A stretch of 64,000 bases of DNA from Rhodopirellula sp. (GTDB lineage: Bacteria > Planctomycetota > Planctomycetia > Pirellulales > Pirellulaceae): positions 18,009-82,008 of the forward strand of contig DOPG01000032.1 in the NCBI GenBank assembly GCA_003513555.1. Direction: 5' to 3'. Positions 1 to 9,129 of the stretch are shown piece by piece. Position 1 is the stretch's first letter. Every line of letters starts with the position of its first letter. The translations under genes were made by a program, and so were the position numbers. The notes under the pieces are model-generated. The model was not told where the DNA came from. It made no database searches and saw nothing but the letters and a program-made list of their open reading frames with translations.

Positions 1-1
1 C

Positions 2-592
2 GCAAAGTCTCTTTCTACAATTTTCAAAAGCAATGCGTCCGGACTCATCGATGCAAGCCGAGATGCTGTCTTCACCGGTCGGGAACGACATGTCGCACAT
101 GCCCGCACAGGCAACAAACCGTATCCCCAACGAGCAATTCGCACGGACCAATATCTTTACATCATCAATTTCGAACCTGACCGCTGGCCGATGGGTACAG
201 GGCCCGGATTCGGTGCAGATAACTCCGCTATGCCAGACTATGAAATTCTACGAGAAAATACTTTCGCCGCATTTGGTGACCTGGACGCAAGCCCGACGAA
301 AGCATGGATCATCACGCACCGTGACGAATCACCTGACTTTTTTGAATATGCGGTTGGCCGGGCCCCAAGATTTGAGTTATACGATATTAAAAAAGATCCA
401 CACTGCATCAAGAATCTTGCCTCATTGGAAACGACTAAACAAATCCAGAAAGAGTTGCATCAGCGTTTGACAAGAGAACAGGATCGGACAGGTGATCCGC
501 GTATTTCGGATCAAGTGATATTCGAATTTTCCCCGTTCACTGATTCCATGCATCGTAAACGGAACCAAGGAAAACAGAACAAACCCAAGTGA
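2..592 (+). CDS. Sulfatase-family protein, C-terminal fragment (5' end outside the window)
   Basis: The frame of ORF 191..592 is open from nt 2 (AKSLSTIFKSNASGLIDASRDAVFTGRERHVAHARTGNKPYPQRAIRTDQYLYIINFEPDRWPMGTGPG...). The YPxRAIRT..Y.YI.NF.PDRWP and FELYDIKKDPHC..NLA blocks are typical C-terminal blocks of heparan/N-sulfoglucosamine-type sulfatases. Confidence 0.7.
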   Translation, partial: AKSLSTIFKSNASGLIDASRDAVFTGRERHVAHARTGNKPYPQRAIRTDQYLYIINFEPDRWPMGTGPGFGADNSAMPDYEILRENTFAAFGDLDASPTKAWIITHRDESPDFFEYAVGRAPRFELYDIKKDPHCIKNLASLETTKQIQKELHQRLTREQDRTGDPRISDQVIFEFSPFTDSMHRKRNQGKQNKPK

Positions 593-622
593 CCTGCCAT
601 TGAAGTCACAGCGAAGCATCAA

Positions 623-1252
623 TCATGGCCGGGCAAATTCGGAACGCATTTGCTCGATCACTTTCCAGCGATGACACTCACGAAGGTGATCATTGACCAT
701 GCCCATGGCTTGCATCAAAGAATAGCAAGTTGTCGGTCCCACAAATGACCATCCACGCTTTTTCAGTTCTTTGCTGAGAGCTGTTGACTCAGGACGATGA
801 GCCTTCATTTCCTTGCGGTGATCAAGATATTTGTGTTTTGCTGGTTCAAACTGCCAGAAAAAGTGTGCTAGTGACCCAAATTCATCCTGCAACTCAAGGG
901 CCCTTTGGGCATTATTGATCGCCGACTCGATTTTGCCACGATGCCGAACAATTTTTGCATCGAGTAGCATTTTGTCGACTATTGTCGAAGAAAATTTGGC
1001 GACGCTTTCAATCTTGAAATCTCGAAATGCAGATCGAAATGCGTTTCTTTTTCGCAAAATCGTGATCCAACTCAGACCTGCCTGAAACCCCTCAAGACAC
1101 ATTTTCTCATACAACTGCTGATCATCAGCAACTGGCTTGCCCCATTCGCGATCATGGTACTCGATGTATTGTTGATCATCCCCGCACCACCAACAACGTT
1201 GCAGACCATCATCCCCAACGGTGTAGTCTGGCAATTCTTTCCTCGGGCTCAT
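623..1252 (-). CDS. tag: DNA-3-methyladenine glycosylase I
   Basis: 209 aa. Contains RCWWCGDD..YIEYHDREWGKPV.DD..LYEKMCLEGFQAGLSWITILRKR.AFR.AF, the conserved Tag core with its Zn-binding Cys/His context. The start overlaps the stop of the upstream gene by 4 nt. Confidence 0.9.
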   Translation of the reverse strand: MSPRKELPDYTVGDDGLQRCWWCGDDQQYIEYHDREWGKPVADDQQLYEKMCLEGFQAGLSWITILRKRNAFRSAFRDFKIESVAKFSSTIVDKMLLDAKIVRHRGKIESAINNAQRALELQDEFGSLAHFFWQFEPAKHKYLDHRKEMKAHRPESTALSKELKKRGWSFVGPTTCYSLMQAMGMVNDHLRECHRWKVIEQMRSEFARP

Positions 1253-1635
1253 GTCTGGATGCGAAACCTCAAATCCTTGACTTTATTTTCGGGTAGCTGC
1301 CGCTGAATCCTTTTCAGAATGCCACGTTTTCTGAAATTCAATTCCTGCAGAGTGGCTGAATCCGAAGCATAAATATGAAGCACTCCTTGCCTCAAGTTAC
1401 CTATCTGCAAACTTCCACCAAGTTCGGATCCGACTTCCAAGACCAGTAATTCGTGGATCGCCTCGTTGGCTGACACCTGTGCATACCCACGTCGAGAAAT
1501 CAGCTGTCCCACAATCGACCCAATGCGTCGCACCCGCGGTTTTTCGGCATCTGTTCCTTGCGTCGGTCGGGACTGGGATTGTCGACGTTTCACCACAATA
1601 ACTCCGGGATCTGGGACTCGGATTCTAAACCACAC
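1249..1635 (-). CDS. DUF721 / DciA-like protein
   Basis: 128 aa with a GTG start. IGSIVGQLISRRGYAQ...A..V.....LQIGNLRQGVLHIYASDSATLQELNFRKRGILKRIQ is the typical DUF721 pattern (a 'V...l.v.v.s.a....L.f.k..il..i' tail). 4-nt overlap with tag. Confidence 0.65.
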   Translation of the reverse strand: MWFRIRVPDPGVIVVKRRQSQSRPTQGTDAEKPRVRRIGSIVGQLISRRGYAQVSANEAIHELLVLEVGSELGGSLQIGNLRQGVLHIYASDSATLQELNFRKRGILKRIQRQLPENKVKDLRFRIQT

Positions 1636-1734
1636 AACGAGGGTGTACCAATCCCATTGGGGGCGTAACGTAAATTTACGACGTCAAATTCCCATCTGGA
1701 CAATCAACGATGTGATGGTTCAACTGAGGGGCAC

Positions 1735-2265
1735 ATGGTGAGACTGTCTGCAATTCAGCATCGTCAGAGCAAACTCTTGTCCAAAGCCGAACAAAATCCG
1801 AATAACGATTCGCCCTTGATAATCATCGGATGGCGGGAATGGTTGTCACTACCCGACCTCGGCGTACCACGAATCAAGGCAAAAATTGACACGGGCGCCC
1901 GCTCCTCAAGCCTGCATGCTTATGACATTGAACAGTTCCAGCAGGAAGGGTGTTCGTTGGTTCGATTCAAGGTACACCCAATTCAGCGGCGAGAACAAAT
2001 GGAAGTCTGCTGCGTTGCTGAAGTGCATGACATCCGCAGCGTTCGCAGTTCCAGTGGCGAAGCAACCGACCGGATCGTGATTCAAACAACAGCCTCATGG
2101 TTGAATCAGGAATGGACGATTGAATTAACGCTAGCAGATCGATCACAAATGGGATTTCGCATGCTGGTCGGACGTGAGGCGATGCGTGGGCGCATGCTGG
2201 TTGACCCAGGAAGATCCTATTTCGGTGGTCGCCCCAAGCGAAGAAAGAAATCCGATAACGCCTGA
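1735..2265 (+). CDS. RimB-like retropepsin-fold protease (annotated as 'ATP-dependent zinc protease' family, COG4067)
   Basis: 176 aa. IIGWREWLSLPDLGVPRIKAKIDTGARSSSLHA contains the D-T-G aspartic-protease-like motif typical of RimK-associated RimB proteins. It lies 33 nt upstream of rimK. Confidence 0.75.
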   Translation: MVRLSAIQHRQSKLLSKAEQNPNNDSPLIIIGWREWLSLPDLGVPRIKAKIDTGARSSSLHAYDIEQFQQEGCSLVRFKVHPIQRREQMEVCCVAEVHDIRSVRSSSGEATDRIVIQTTASWLNQEWTIELTLADRSQMGFRMLVGREAMRGRMLVDPGRSYFGGRPKRRKKSDNA

Positions 2266-2298
2266 AGCAGTAAACAGCCACTCTACCGAGATTTTGAG

Positions 2299-3504
2299 AT
2301 GAAGCTTGCCATTCTTTCACGTGCATCTAACTGCTATAGCACGCGTCGTCTGAAAGAAGCTGCCAGCAAACGTGGTCACAAGGTCAAGGTACTTGATACC
2401 TTGCGATTCTCCATCGACTTGGAGAAAGGCGATCCTGACCTTTACTATCGCTCAAAGCCACTGAGTGACTACGATGCGATTGTGCCCCGTATTGGTGCCT
2501 CGATCACCTACTTTGGCACTGCCGTCGTTCGTCAGTTTGAACAAATGGATGTCTTTTCGGCTGCATCCTCGGCTGGCATTGCCAATTCACGTGACAAGCT
2601 ACGCTGTTTGCAGATTCTTAGCCGGCATGCAATCGGCATTCCCGAGACAACATTTGTGCGAGAGAAACGTGATGTTCTTCCGGCGATCGAAAGAGTAGGC
2701 GGTGTCCCCATCATCATCAAATTACTCGAGGGAACACAGGGCGTTGGCGTTATCCTTGCCGAAAGCGTCAAGATTGCTGAGGCCATCATCGAAACACTGC
2801 AAAGCACTCGGCAAAATGTCTTGATTCAGAAGTTTGTATCCGAGAGTAAAGGCAGAGACATTCGTGCCTTTGTGGTCGGTGATCGTGTCGTTGCTGCAAT
2901 CAGACGGGTTGCTCAGGGACAAGAGTTTCGCAGTAACGTCCACCGTGGTGGCAGAACCGAACGCGTCATTCTGGACGAAACTTACTGCCAAACAGCCGTG
3001 CGATGCACACAAATCATGGGACTACGTGTTGCTGGCGTTGACATGCTTGAAAGTGACGAAGGCCCACAGGTCATGGAAGTCAATTCTTCGCCGGGACTCG
3101 AGGGCATTGAGGCCTGCACTCAACTGGATATTGCGGGCGCCATTGTTGATTACATCGCCGCGCAAATCGATTTTCCAGAAGTGGACGTTCGCCAACGACT
3201 TTCCGTTAGTCGAGGATATGGCGTTACCGAGATCCATATTCCGGAAGGGTCCGCATTCATCGGGAAATCAATCGATGAGTCTGGTCTCCCCGAGCAGGAC
3301 ATCAATGTGCTAACCCTTTACCGAGGACAAACGGTGATCCCCAATCCTCGCCTTAAACGAACATTAGAACCCAACGATCGCCTGCTTTGTTTTGGAAAAC
3401 TGGAAGCCATGCGTGGAATGGTTCCGGAAAAAACTCGCAGGAAACGCCGCCCAAAACTTAAACAACTGTCCACCGATGTTGATTCAACATCTGACCCAAG
3501 CTAA
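2299..3504 (+). CDS. rimK: RimK-family alpha-L-glutamate ligase (ATP-grasp) with a C-terminal RCK_C/TrkA-C-like domain
   Basis: 401 aa. The N-terminal 290 aa are collinear with RimK (MKLAILSR....YSTRRL.EAA..RGH.V.VLD, SRDKLR.LQ.LSRH.IG.P.T, IIKLLEGTQG.GV.LAE, EVNSSPGLEGIE). Residues ~303-385 (GVTEIHIPEGSAFIGKSIDESGLPEQDINVLTLYRGQTVIPNPRLKRTLEPNDRLLCFGKLEAM) match the TrkA-C pattern. Confidence 0.9.
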   Translation: MKLAILSRASNCYSTRRLKEAASKRGHKVKVLDTLRFSIDLEKGDPDLYYRSKPLSDYDAIVPRIGASITYFGTAVVRQFEQMDVFSAASSAGIANSRDKLRCLQILSRHAIGIPETTFVREKRDVLPAIERVGGVPIIIKLLEGTQGVGVILAESVKIAEAIIETLQSTRQNVLIQKFVSESKGRDIRAFVVGDRVVAAIRRVAQGQEFRSNVHRGGRTERVILDETYCQTAVRCTQIMGLRVAGVDMLESDEGPQVMEVNSSPGLEGIEACTQLDIAGAIVDYIAAQIDFPEVDVRQRLSVSRGYGVTEIHIPEGSAFIGKSIDESGLPEQDINVLTLYRGQTVIPNPRLKRTLEPNDRLLCFGKLEAMRGMVPEKTRRKRRPKLKQLSTDVDSTSDPS

Positions 3505-3720
3505 GGCGTCTTTGGCTGAGACGATTGCTGCAACTGCACAATCCAGATTCACCGGCATTGCAGATCTCATTTCCAAGACCGCGTTCGTCGCTCATTCGTT
3601 CTGGGCATCAAGCCCACGAATTGCATCGGGGTTGATACTCGACGATCATTGCACCTTGAGTATTGATCAGCCTAACAAGAGGCAGCGATACGCCCCACAG
3701 AATCACCATGAATGGACTGT

Positions 3721-5982
3721 TTAACCCCGTCGACTGATTACAATCAGCGGACTGTCAGTTTGGTTGGCAATCTTTCGGGTGAACTGACCAAACAGCTTGC
3801 GTCGAGGACCGATGCGTTGGACGCCCAATATCACAAGTTGCCCTTCAGCAGCAGCAGAAATTACATCAACTGGGTCATCGCTCTTGATAACGATCTGCTC
3901 AGAGTTGCCAAAAACATTGTCATGAGCCATCCGGTCAAGATCACGCTTGGCACGCCTGAATTCCGTCGCATCAACAGCAGCGGGAAGAACTCTTATGAAA
4001 GTCACCATGCATTTCTGTTGTCGCGAAAAGCTTGCCAAGAGTCGAGCAAGTAAATGATCGTGGCCCCCGCGTCCCGCGACTGGCACAAGAATTCTCCGAG
4101 TCTCGGACAGACTCCATGCCCCGGAAGCCCTGAGAACAACCACATCACTCTCAAGCTGTCCTAACAAGAACTCCAGCGGTGAAGCGGTCTGGTCGCTATC
4201 GATTCTACTAAGGCCCAGGAGCACAGATTCACAACGATGCAGCTTAGCAACACGAGCAATTTCGGGCATCGGATCTGGGGATACTGTTGTCAAGGTTTCC
4301 ACGGGTACCTTGAGCTTAGAGGATGCTCGAATCAACTCGCGCAGCACAGTCTGAGACTGATCGGCTGGGCCTGGATCTACTTCGGGATCCCAAGAAGATG
4401 GGGCAACCACAACCGTCTGTAATAATACACGGCCGGCAGCGGCGGGGACCAGCGTGTTGGCCAGTGAAATCATTGCTTCGGCATTACGAGGATTGGCAAT
4501 CGGCACCAAAACCAGAGGTGAATTGCCCCGCAACCTGAGCAGCTCTGGATTGGCGGCCATGCTGGAAACATCTTTCAACCGTGCCCGCCGAGCAAAAAGC
4601 GTCAAGAACAGGATGCCGCCAACACTGAGCCAAACCACCGCAATTGTTCCAGCAGAAGGCACTACCAACCCCTGAAACACAGCCAAGGCCAAGCAGGCAG
4701 AGCCGCCTATCAACGGAACAGCGGGGTACCACGGGGTTTGAAAGGGTGGCCGAATGACACTGCGACGCCTCACCAAGACGGCCAGCCAATGAGCCATGGC
4801 AAAAGTAATCAAGAAAATCAAGCTCGCAGCAGCCCCCGCTGCCGCGACATCTGGCAGCACAATCACAAGAATTGAAATTAGCCCAGCTGTTACTGCAATA
4901 GCATGTAGAGGCGTGTGCCGACGAGGTGACAAACGGCTCATCATCGATGGCAACGTATGATCACGTGACATTGCCAACGCAATCCGCGATGCTGCGAAGA
5001 GATTCGCCTGCAGCGCCGTAAACATGGATAACACAGCAGCTACGAGCACGAATCCATATCCAGCTGGCCCAAGATAGTTCCGGGCAGCAATAGCGACGAT
5101 CCCCTCTGGATTTTCAGCCGCAGCGTCCGCAATACCTTGTCCAACAGGAACGCCCACGGTTGTAATCACAAACAACAAAGGCAGATAAATCAACAGCGCG
5201 ATGACAAGCGAAAACACCATCGCCCGGGGAATATTACGAGCTGGATTCCGGATTTCTCCGCCGACGGCTGCAATCAAATCAAAACCTTGCAAAGCGATGA
5301 AACTGAATCCCATCGCTTCAAAAAGCCCCAACGACCCGGACGAAAAGAATGGTTGAAGTGAAGCCTGAGTTGTCGCTAGTGGTTGCCAAGCAACCGACCA
5401 CAAACCACCCAGAATCAGGATCCCGAAAACAAGAACCTTACCCGCGTTTGCCCAGCTACCACCTCCCCCGGACTTCAGCACCAGTCCCACTGCCAGTGTC
5501 GTCACAGCCAAAATTGCAATCCATGGTACCAGCCGCTGGTCCATGACCCACACAGGCACGGCATGCCCGAGTGTGTCGATACACTCGTGGAGCAATAACA
5601 CGGAAAAATATCCAAATCCAACCGCGTAAAGCATAGCAGCAACGATCGAGGCAAACCAAACAATCCAGCCAACTGCAAAAGCAGCCTCGATCGATAAGAC
5701 CTTGCGGCTGAATGCGTAAGTGCCGCCGGATTCTGGAAACTTCGAAGCCATCTCCCCGAGGCTTAGTGCCGTCAACAAAGCAATGACACCATTCAAAGCG
5801 AATGCCAACAGGGCAGCTGGTCCAGTCGTTGCAAAAGCAACACCAGCCAACGCCAGGATACCGCCACCCACAATCGCACCAACGCCTATACCCGTTGCCG
5901 ATCCAAGTCCAATATGTCTTTCGTTATCTGGAACCACCGCATGCTCGCTGAATTGTTGCGTGTTGTCCCGGCATTCTGTCAC
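3721..5982 (-). CDS. APC-superfamily amino acid permease fused to two C-terminal universal-stress-protein (USP)-like domains
   Basis: 753 aa. The first ~470 aa are highly hydrophobic with about 12 predicted TM segments and APC-like blocks (GIGVGAIVGGGILALAG, SGGTYAFS). The C-terminal region has two LVPxA....... /LV(I)LG-type USP-like repeats (PLVLVPIANPRNAEAM..., RILVPVAGRGGHDHLLARL...LVILGVQR...PLIVISRR). Confidence 0.8.
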   Translation of the reverse strand: MTECRDNTQQFSEHAVVPDNERHIGLGSATGIGVGAIVGGGILALAGVAFATTGPAALLAFALNGVIALLTALSLGEMASKFPESGGTYAFSRKVLSIEAAFAVGWIVWFASIVAAMLYAVGFGYFSVLLLHECIDTLGHAVPVWVMDQRLVPWIAILAVTTLAVGLVLKSGGGGSWANAGKVLVFGILILGGLWSVAWQPLATTQASLQPFFSSGSLGLFEAMGFSFIALQGFDLIAAVGGEIRNPARNIPRAMVFSLVIALLIYLPLLFVITTVGVPVGQGIADAAAENPEGIVAIAARNYLGPAGYGFVLVAAVLSMFTALQANLFAASRIALAMSRDHTLPSMMSRLSPRRHTPLHAIAVTAGLISILVIVLPDVAAAGAAASLIFLITFAMAHWLAVLVRRRSVIRPPFQTPWYPAVPLIGGSACLALAVFQGLVVPSAGTIAVVWLSVGGILFLTLFARRARLKDVSSMAANPELLRLRGNSPLVLVPIANPRNAEAMISLANTLVPAAAGRVLLQTVVVAPSSWDPEVDPGPADQSQTVLRELIRASSKLKVPVETLTTVSPDPMPEIARVAKLHRCESVLLGLSRIDSDQTASPLEFLLGQLESDVVVLRASGAWSLSETRRILVPVAGRGGHDHLLARLLASFSRQQKCMVTFIRVLPAAVDATEFRRAKRDLDRMAHDNVFGNSEQIVIKSDDPVDVISAAAEGQLVILGVQRIGPRRKLFGQFTRKIANQTDSPLIVISRRG

Positions 5983-6155
5983 TTAATACGACAACGTCAA
6001 GCGTGACGCAACGAGCAAAGTCGGAACCATCACACGCGGAACAGGCCCGCATTCAGCACGATAAAGTTCACAAGGGTGTGGCACACAACCGGAATGACAA
6101 CTCCGCCCCTGCGTCTCATTTTCAAGTGGATGATGAGCTCAGGATTGCTATTTGC

Positions 6156-7520
6156 TCAGACAGCAGGTTGCCAGCCGGGTGCATACTCCCGTCCCCACAA
6201 CGCCTGAGCTGCGGGGTTATCCTTGATATGGCCATTTGCTGAGTCAGTATTGACAACACTCCCGGTCCGATAGGCAATGTTGCCCAAATGACACAACAAG
6301 GTGCTCTTGTGAGCGATCTCGATATCAGCGTTGGTCAATTGCCCGGTACGGACTCCATTAAGAAAATCAGCAAAGTGATCTTTATCACCACCGGCACCAT
6401 TGCCGGTTGCTATTTCTTTGCCCTTCATGTCGTACATGACATAACCTGTTCCCTGTTGCACAAGTGAACCCTCAGAACCATGAAAGCTGATTCCAAACCC
6501 AGAATCATGAGCTCCCAAGGGTGACCAACTCAGCCCTTCCCAGGTAATGGATTTTCCTTCCGGAAAATCCATCGTCACCATCAAAGTATCAGGCGTTTCT
6601 TGATCATCATCATGACGATACTTACCTCCACCAGCGGTCACACGACTCGGGTAGTCTACTTCCAGCCCCCAGCGTGCCACATCGATACCATGTACCCCAT
6701 TGTTGCCTAGTTCACCGTTACCCCAGTCCCAGTGCCAATGCCAGTTATAGTGCACAACATTGTCTTTATAGGGTCGGTCGGGCGCTGGTCCCTGCCACAA
6801 ACGCCAATCCAGCCAATCCGGAATATCAACGGTCTTGCCTACCCCGATGGAAGGTCGGCGATTGTTGTACCAAGTACGTGAATAAAGCACCTTACCAATC
6901 GCCCCTTCGTGGATACGCTGAATGGCTTCAACAATACCGGGCCATGAGCGACGCTGTGTTCCCATTTGTACGATACGTTTATTTTTCCTAGCCGCAGCAA
7001 CTGCCAGTTCACCTTCCTCGGGAGTATGACTACAGGGCTTTTCAACGTAGACATGCTTACCAGCAGAACAACCCAGAATGGTAGCTGGCGCGTGCCAATG
7101 ATTTGGTGCCGCCACCACCAGTACATCGACTCCGGTGTCATCAAGAATACGGCGAAAATCACCGACAACCTTGGGCTCTTTCTTCTGAACTTCGCCTACT
7201 AATTCACTGACTCGACCAGCTGCTCGAGTATCAACATCACAGACATAGGCAACCTCAGTATTACCCGCTGCCATCATTCCCCGTGCGATTGCACTGCCAC
7301 GACCATTGACTCCCATAATGCCCATGACAACACGATCACCAGGCGAATTTTGCGTTTGATTCTGGGTGTCATCAGCATGAGTCGATGACGTCATTGCTCC
7401 GGCAGCAGCCAACGCCACACCCGACTTCAAGAACAATCGGCGATCGCCTTCATACTGATGGTTACGAATCGCAGCAACTGAATCCATTGTCGATCCCGGC
7501 TTGTGAATAAAATCACTCAT
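6156..7520 (-). CDS. Gfo/Idh/MocA-family oxidoreductase with a Tat signal
   Basis: 454 aa. It has a twin-arginine leader (DRRLFLKSGVALAAAGAM), a Rossmann block (VVMGIMGVNGRGSAIA), and EKP/HWH blocks (HVYVEKPCSHT, NWHWHWDWGNGELGNNGVHGIDVARW) typical of planctomycete periplasmic Gfo/Idh/MocA enzymes. Confidence 0.85.
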   Translation of the reverse strand: MSDFIHKPGSTMDSVAAIRNHQYEGDRRLFLKSGVALAAAGAMTSSTHADDTQNQTQNSPGDRVVMGIMGVNGRGSAIARGMMAAGNTEVAYVCDVDTRAAGRVSELVGEVQKKEPKVVGDFRRILDDTGVDVLVVAAPNHWHAPATILGCSAGKHVYVEKPCSHTPEEGELAVAAARKNKRIVQMGTQRRSWPGIVEAIQRIHEGAIGKVLYSRTWYNNRRPSIGVGKTVDIPDWLDWRLWQGPAPDRPYKDNVVHYNWHWHWDWGNGELGNNGVHGIDVARWGLEVDYPSRVTAGGGKYRHDDDQETPDTLMVTMDFPEGKSITWEGLSWSPLGAHDSGFGISFHGSEGSLVQQGTGYVMYDMKGKEIATGNGAGGDKDHFADFLNGVRTGQLTNADIEIAHKSTLLCHLGNIAYRTGSVVNTDSANGHIKDNPAAQALWGREYAPGWQPAV

Positions 7521-8436
7521 TGGAGGCTCTCTCTATCTGATATTGATGGTGGGATTTCTTGGCGGGTTGAATCATGAAAGGTGGCCGACGTCCAAAGTCC
7601 TCTGCAAGCCGATCGGCAAGTCGGATATTTGCAGGCCCAGCGTGAGCATGAATCATATAACGCCATGTCGTAGGTCTATCTCGGTACAACATGATCGGGG
7701 CATCGCCACAAGCGGATGCTCCCATCCAACCATCATCGCGCACATGCCATTTGCTGGGGTAAGTTGCATTTTGTGGATGATCAAAGTACGTCAGGCCTTC
7801 CGTGACACTTGTATCAACTGACCCACTGTAATCCATCCAGGCGGAAGATTTTTCAAAGAGGTTTTTTTCTGTTTGTAAGCCATTGCTGCCGGTCAAAACA
7901 CCGTCACCAAAAACGGCCGAAATTGATCCAGCCACCCGCACCGCCAGCAAACCAAAATTCGTCTGTGCCAGTTCCAGAGATTCCGCCACGGAATTAAATG
8001 TTGTCTGGATTTCAACCAGAACACCTTGTCCGTCTGCTGGCATAATTGCTGTCACTAATTTTTGCTTCAGCAATGGGGCGGGATCATGCCCATCGTACCA
8101 GCCAAGTTCCACTGCCATACTCGCCTCATCCGGACCATTCTGATAGGCGAGCCATTGTTCTTGTCGAATGATCGCGTCAGTGCTGTCTGACCAAAAATCG
8201 ATCCCGAGAACTTTGTTATGAGCGAACCAGATCGATCGATGATGATCATGATTGGGTGCCCCTGGGTGTCCCATCCGTGTTAATGACAAACCGGCGGGTC
8301 CCGTCAGCGGAAAGAAGAATGGTCTCGGAGCATCGTCCGCGGCGTGCCATCGCATTCGTTCTCGACCGTCAACGACAAATGCAACCTGTTTCTGTGGTAA
8401 AGGCACCACTTGGCAGCGCGGAGACTTGGGAAACAT
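7513..8436 (-). CDS. PmoA-family / DUF6807-like protein
   Basis: 307 aa. RPFFFPLTGPAGLSLTRMGHPGAPNHDHHRSIWFAHNKV...DFW matches the conserved core of the PmoA-like family that commonly sits beside Gfo/Idh/MocA genes. 8-nt overlap with the downstream oxidoreductase gene. Confidence 0.65.
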   Translation of the reverse strand: MFPKSPRCQVVPLPQKQVAFVVDGRERMRWHAADDAPRPFFFPLTGPAGLSLTRMGHPGAPNHDHHRSIWFAHNKVLGIDFWSDSTDAIIRQEQWLAYQNGPDEASMAVELGWYDGHDPAPLLKQKLVTAIMPADGQGVLVEIQTTFNSVAESLELAQTNFGLLAVRVAGSISAVFGDGVLTGSNGLQTEKNLFEKSSAWMDYSGSVDTSVTEGLTYFDHPQNATYPSKWHVRDDGWMGASACGDAPIMLYRDRPTTWRYMIHAHAGPANIRLADRLAEDFGRRPPFMIQPAKKSHHQYQIERASNE

Positions 8437-8652
8437 TAGCCACTCTCATGATGGTCCATTGACAGAACAAACTTTTCAATGGATGGGAGAAAAAGAAGCA
8501 TGTTGCGGGGCAGGAAGGCAGGAGGATCAGACGAATTGTAACAAATCGTGCTGCAGTTACCAAAAATTGAATTTGTGACCAAACGTGTCACAACACCCTG
8601 TCATCTTTGGAATGTCATCAAATTTCCATGTGATAACAGAGTGAGGTACACG

Positions 8653-8925
8653 ATGTACGAGTTCGACGAAGAGAGCTGGGATGAACAACAGGCTGAAACG
8701 GGGCATCTTGGCCGCCCGCTCGCAGGATGGCTGATTGAATGGAAATTACCAGCAGCCGATCAACGTTTCACCCTCATCCCGAGATTCCTTCAAATTGGGA
8801 CCGGGCAGTGGTGCGCAGCGGAGTATGCGACCCTTTTTCCCGAAAGAGCAACGGCAGAGGCCTATGCAGACGAATTTGGGATTCCTCTCACCGGAGCCGT
8901 CCGAATCGTGCAGCATCGCTTCTGA
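8653..8925 (+). CDS. Small hypothetical protein (about 91 aa from the internal ATG; the ORF is open from 8548)
   Basis: This is the only ORF in the 690-nt gap between two well-supported genes. It is acidic at the N-terminus (MYEFDEESWDEQQAE) and has no recognisable motif. Confidence 0.3.
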   Translation: MYEFDEESWDEQQAETGHLGRPLAGWLIEWKLPAADQRFTLIPRFLQIGTGQWCAAEYATLFPERATAEAYADEFGIPLTGAVRIVQHRF

Positions 8926-9129
8926 TCAGTGGCGAACTGATTTCAACCATGGGTAAAACCATGACAACTGTCCAACAGGCTGGGGAGTGAAGGAGTGCTC
9001 CCCTGCCGGTTTGTGGCGTGAAAAACGTTAATTCCGCTAAGTTCCGACCAATTCACCGCCGCAAATACGACGTTACCCGCCGAACAAATTCGGAGACCAA
9101 GCGGAAAATTTCAAGCAAGCTACAATGAG

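Noticed and set aside
33-470. 145-aa ORF at the window start
   Set aside because: It is in an alternative frame over the sulfatase C-terminal fragment, whose frame carries recognisable sulfatase blocks.
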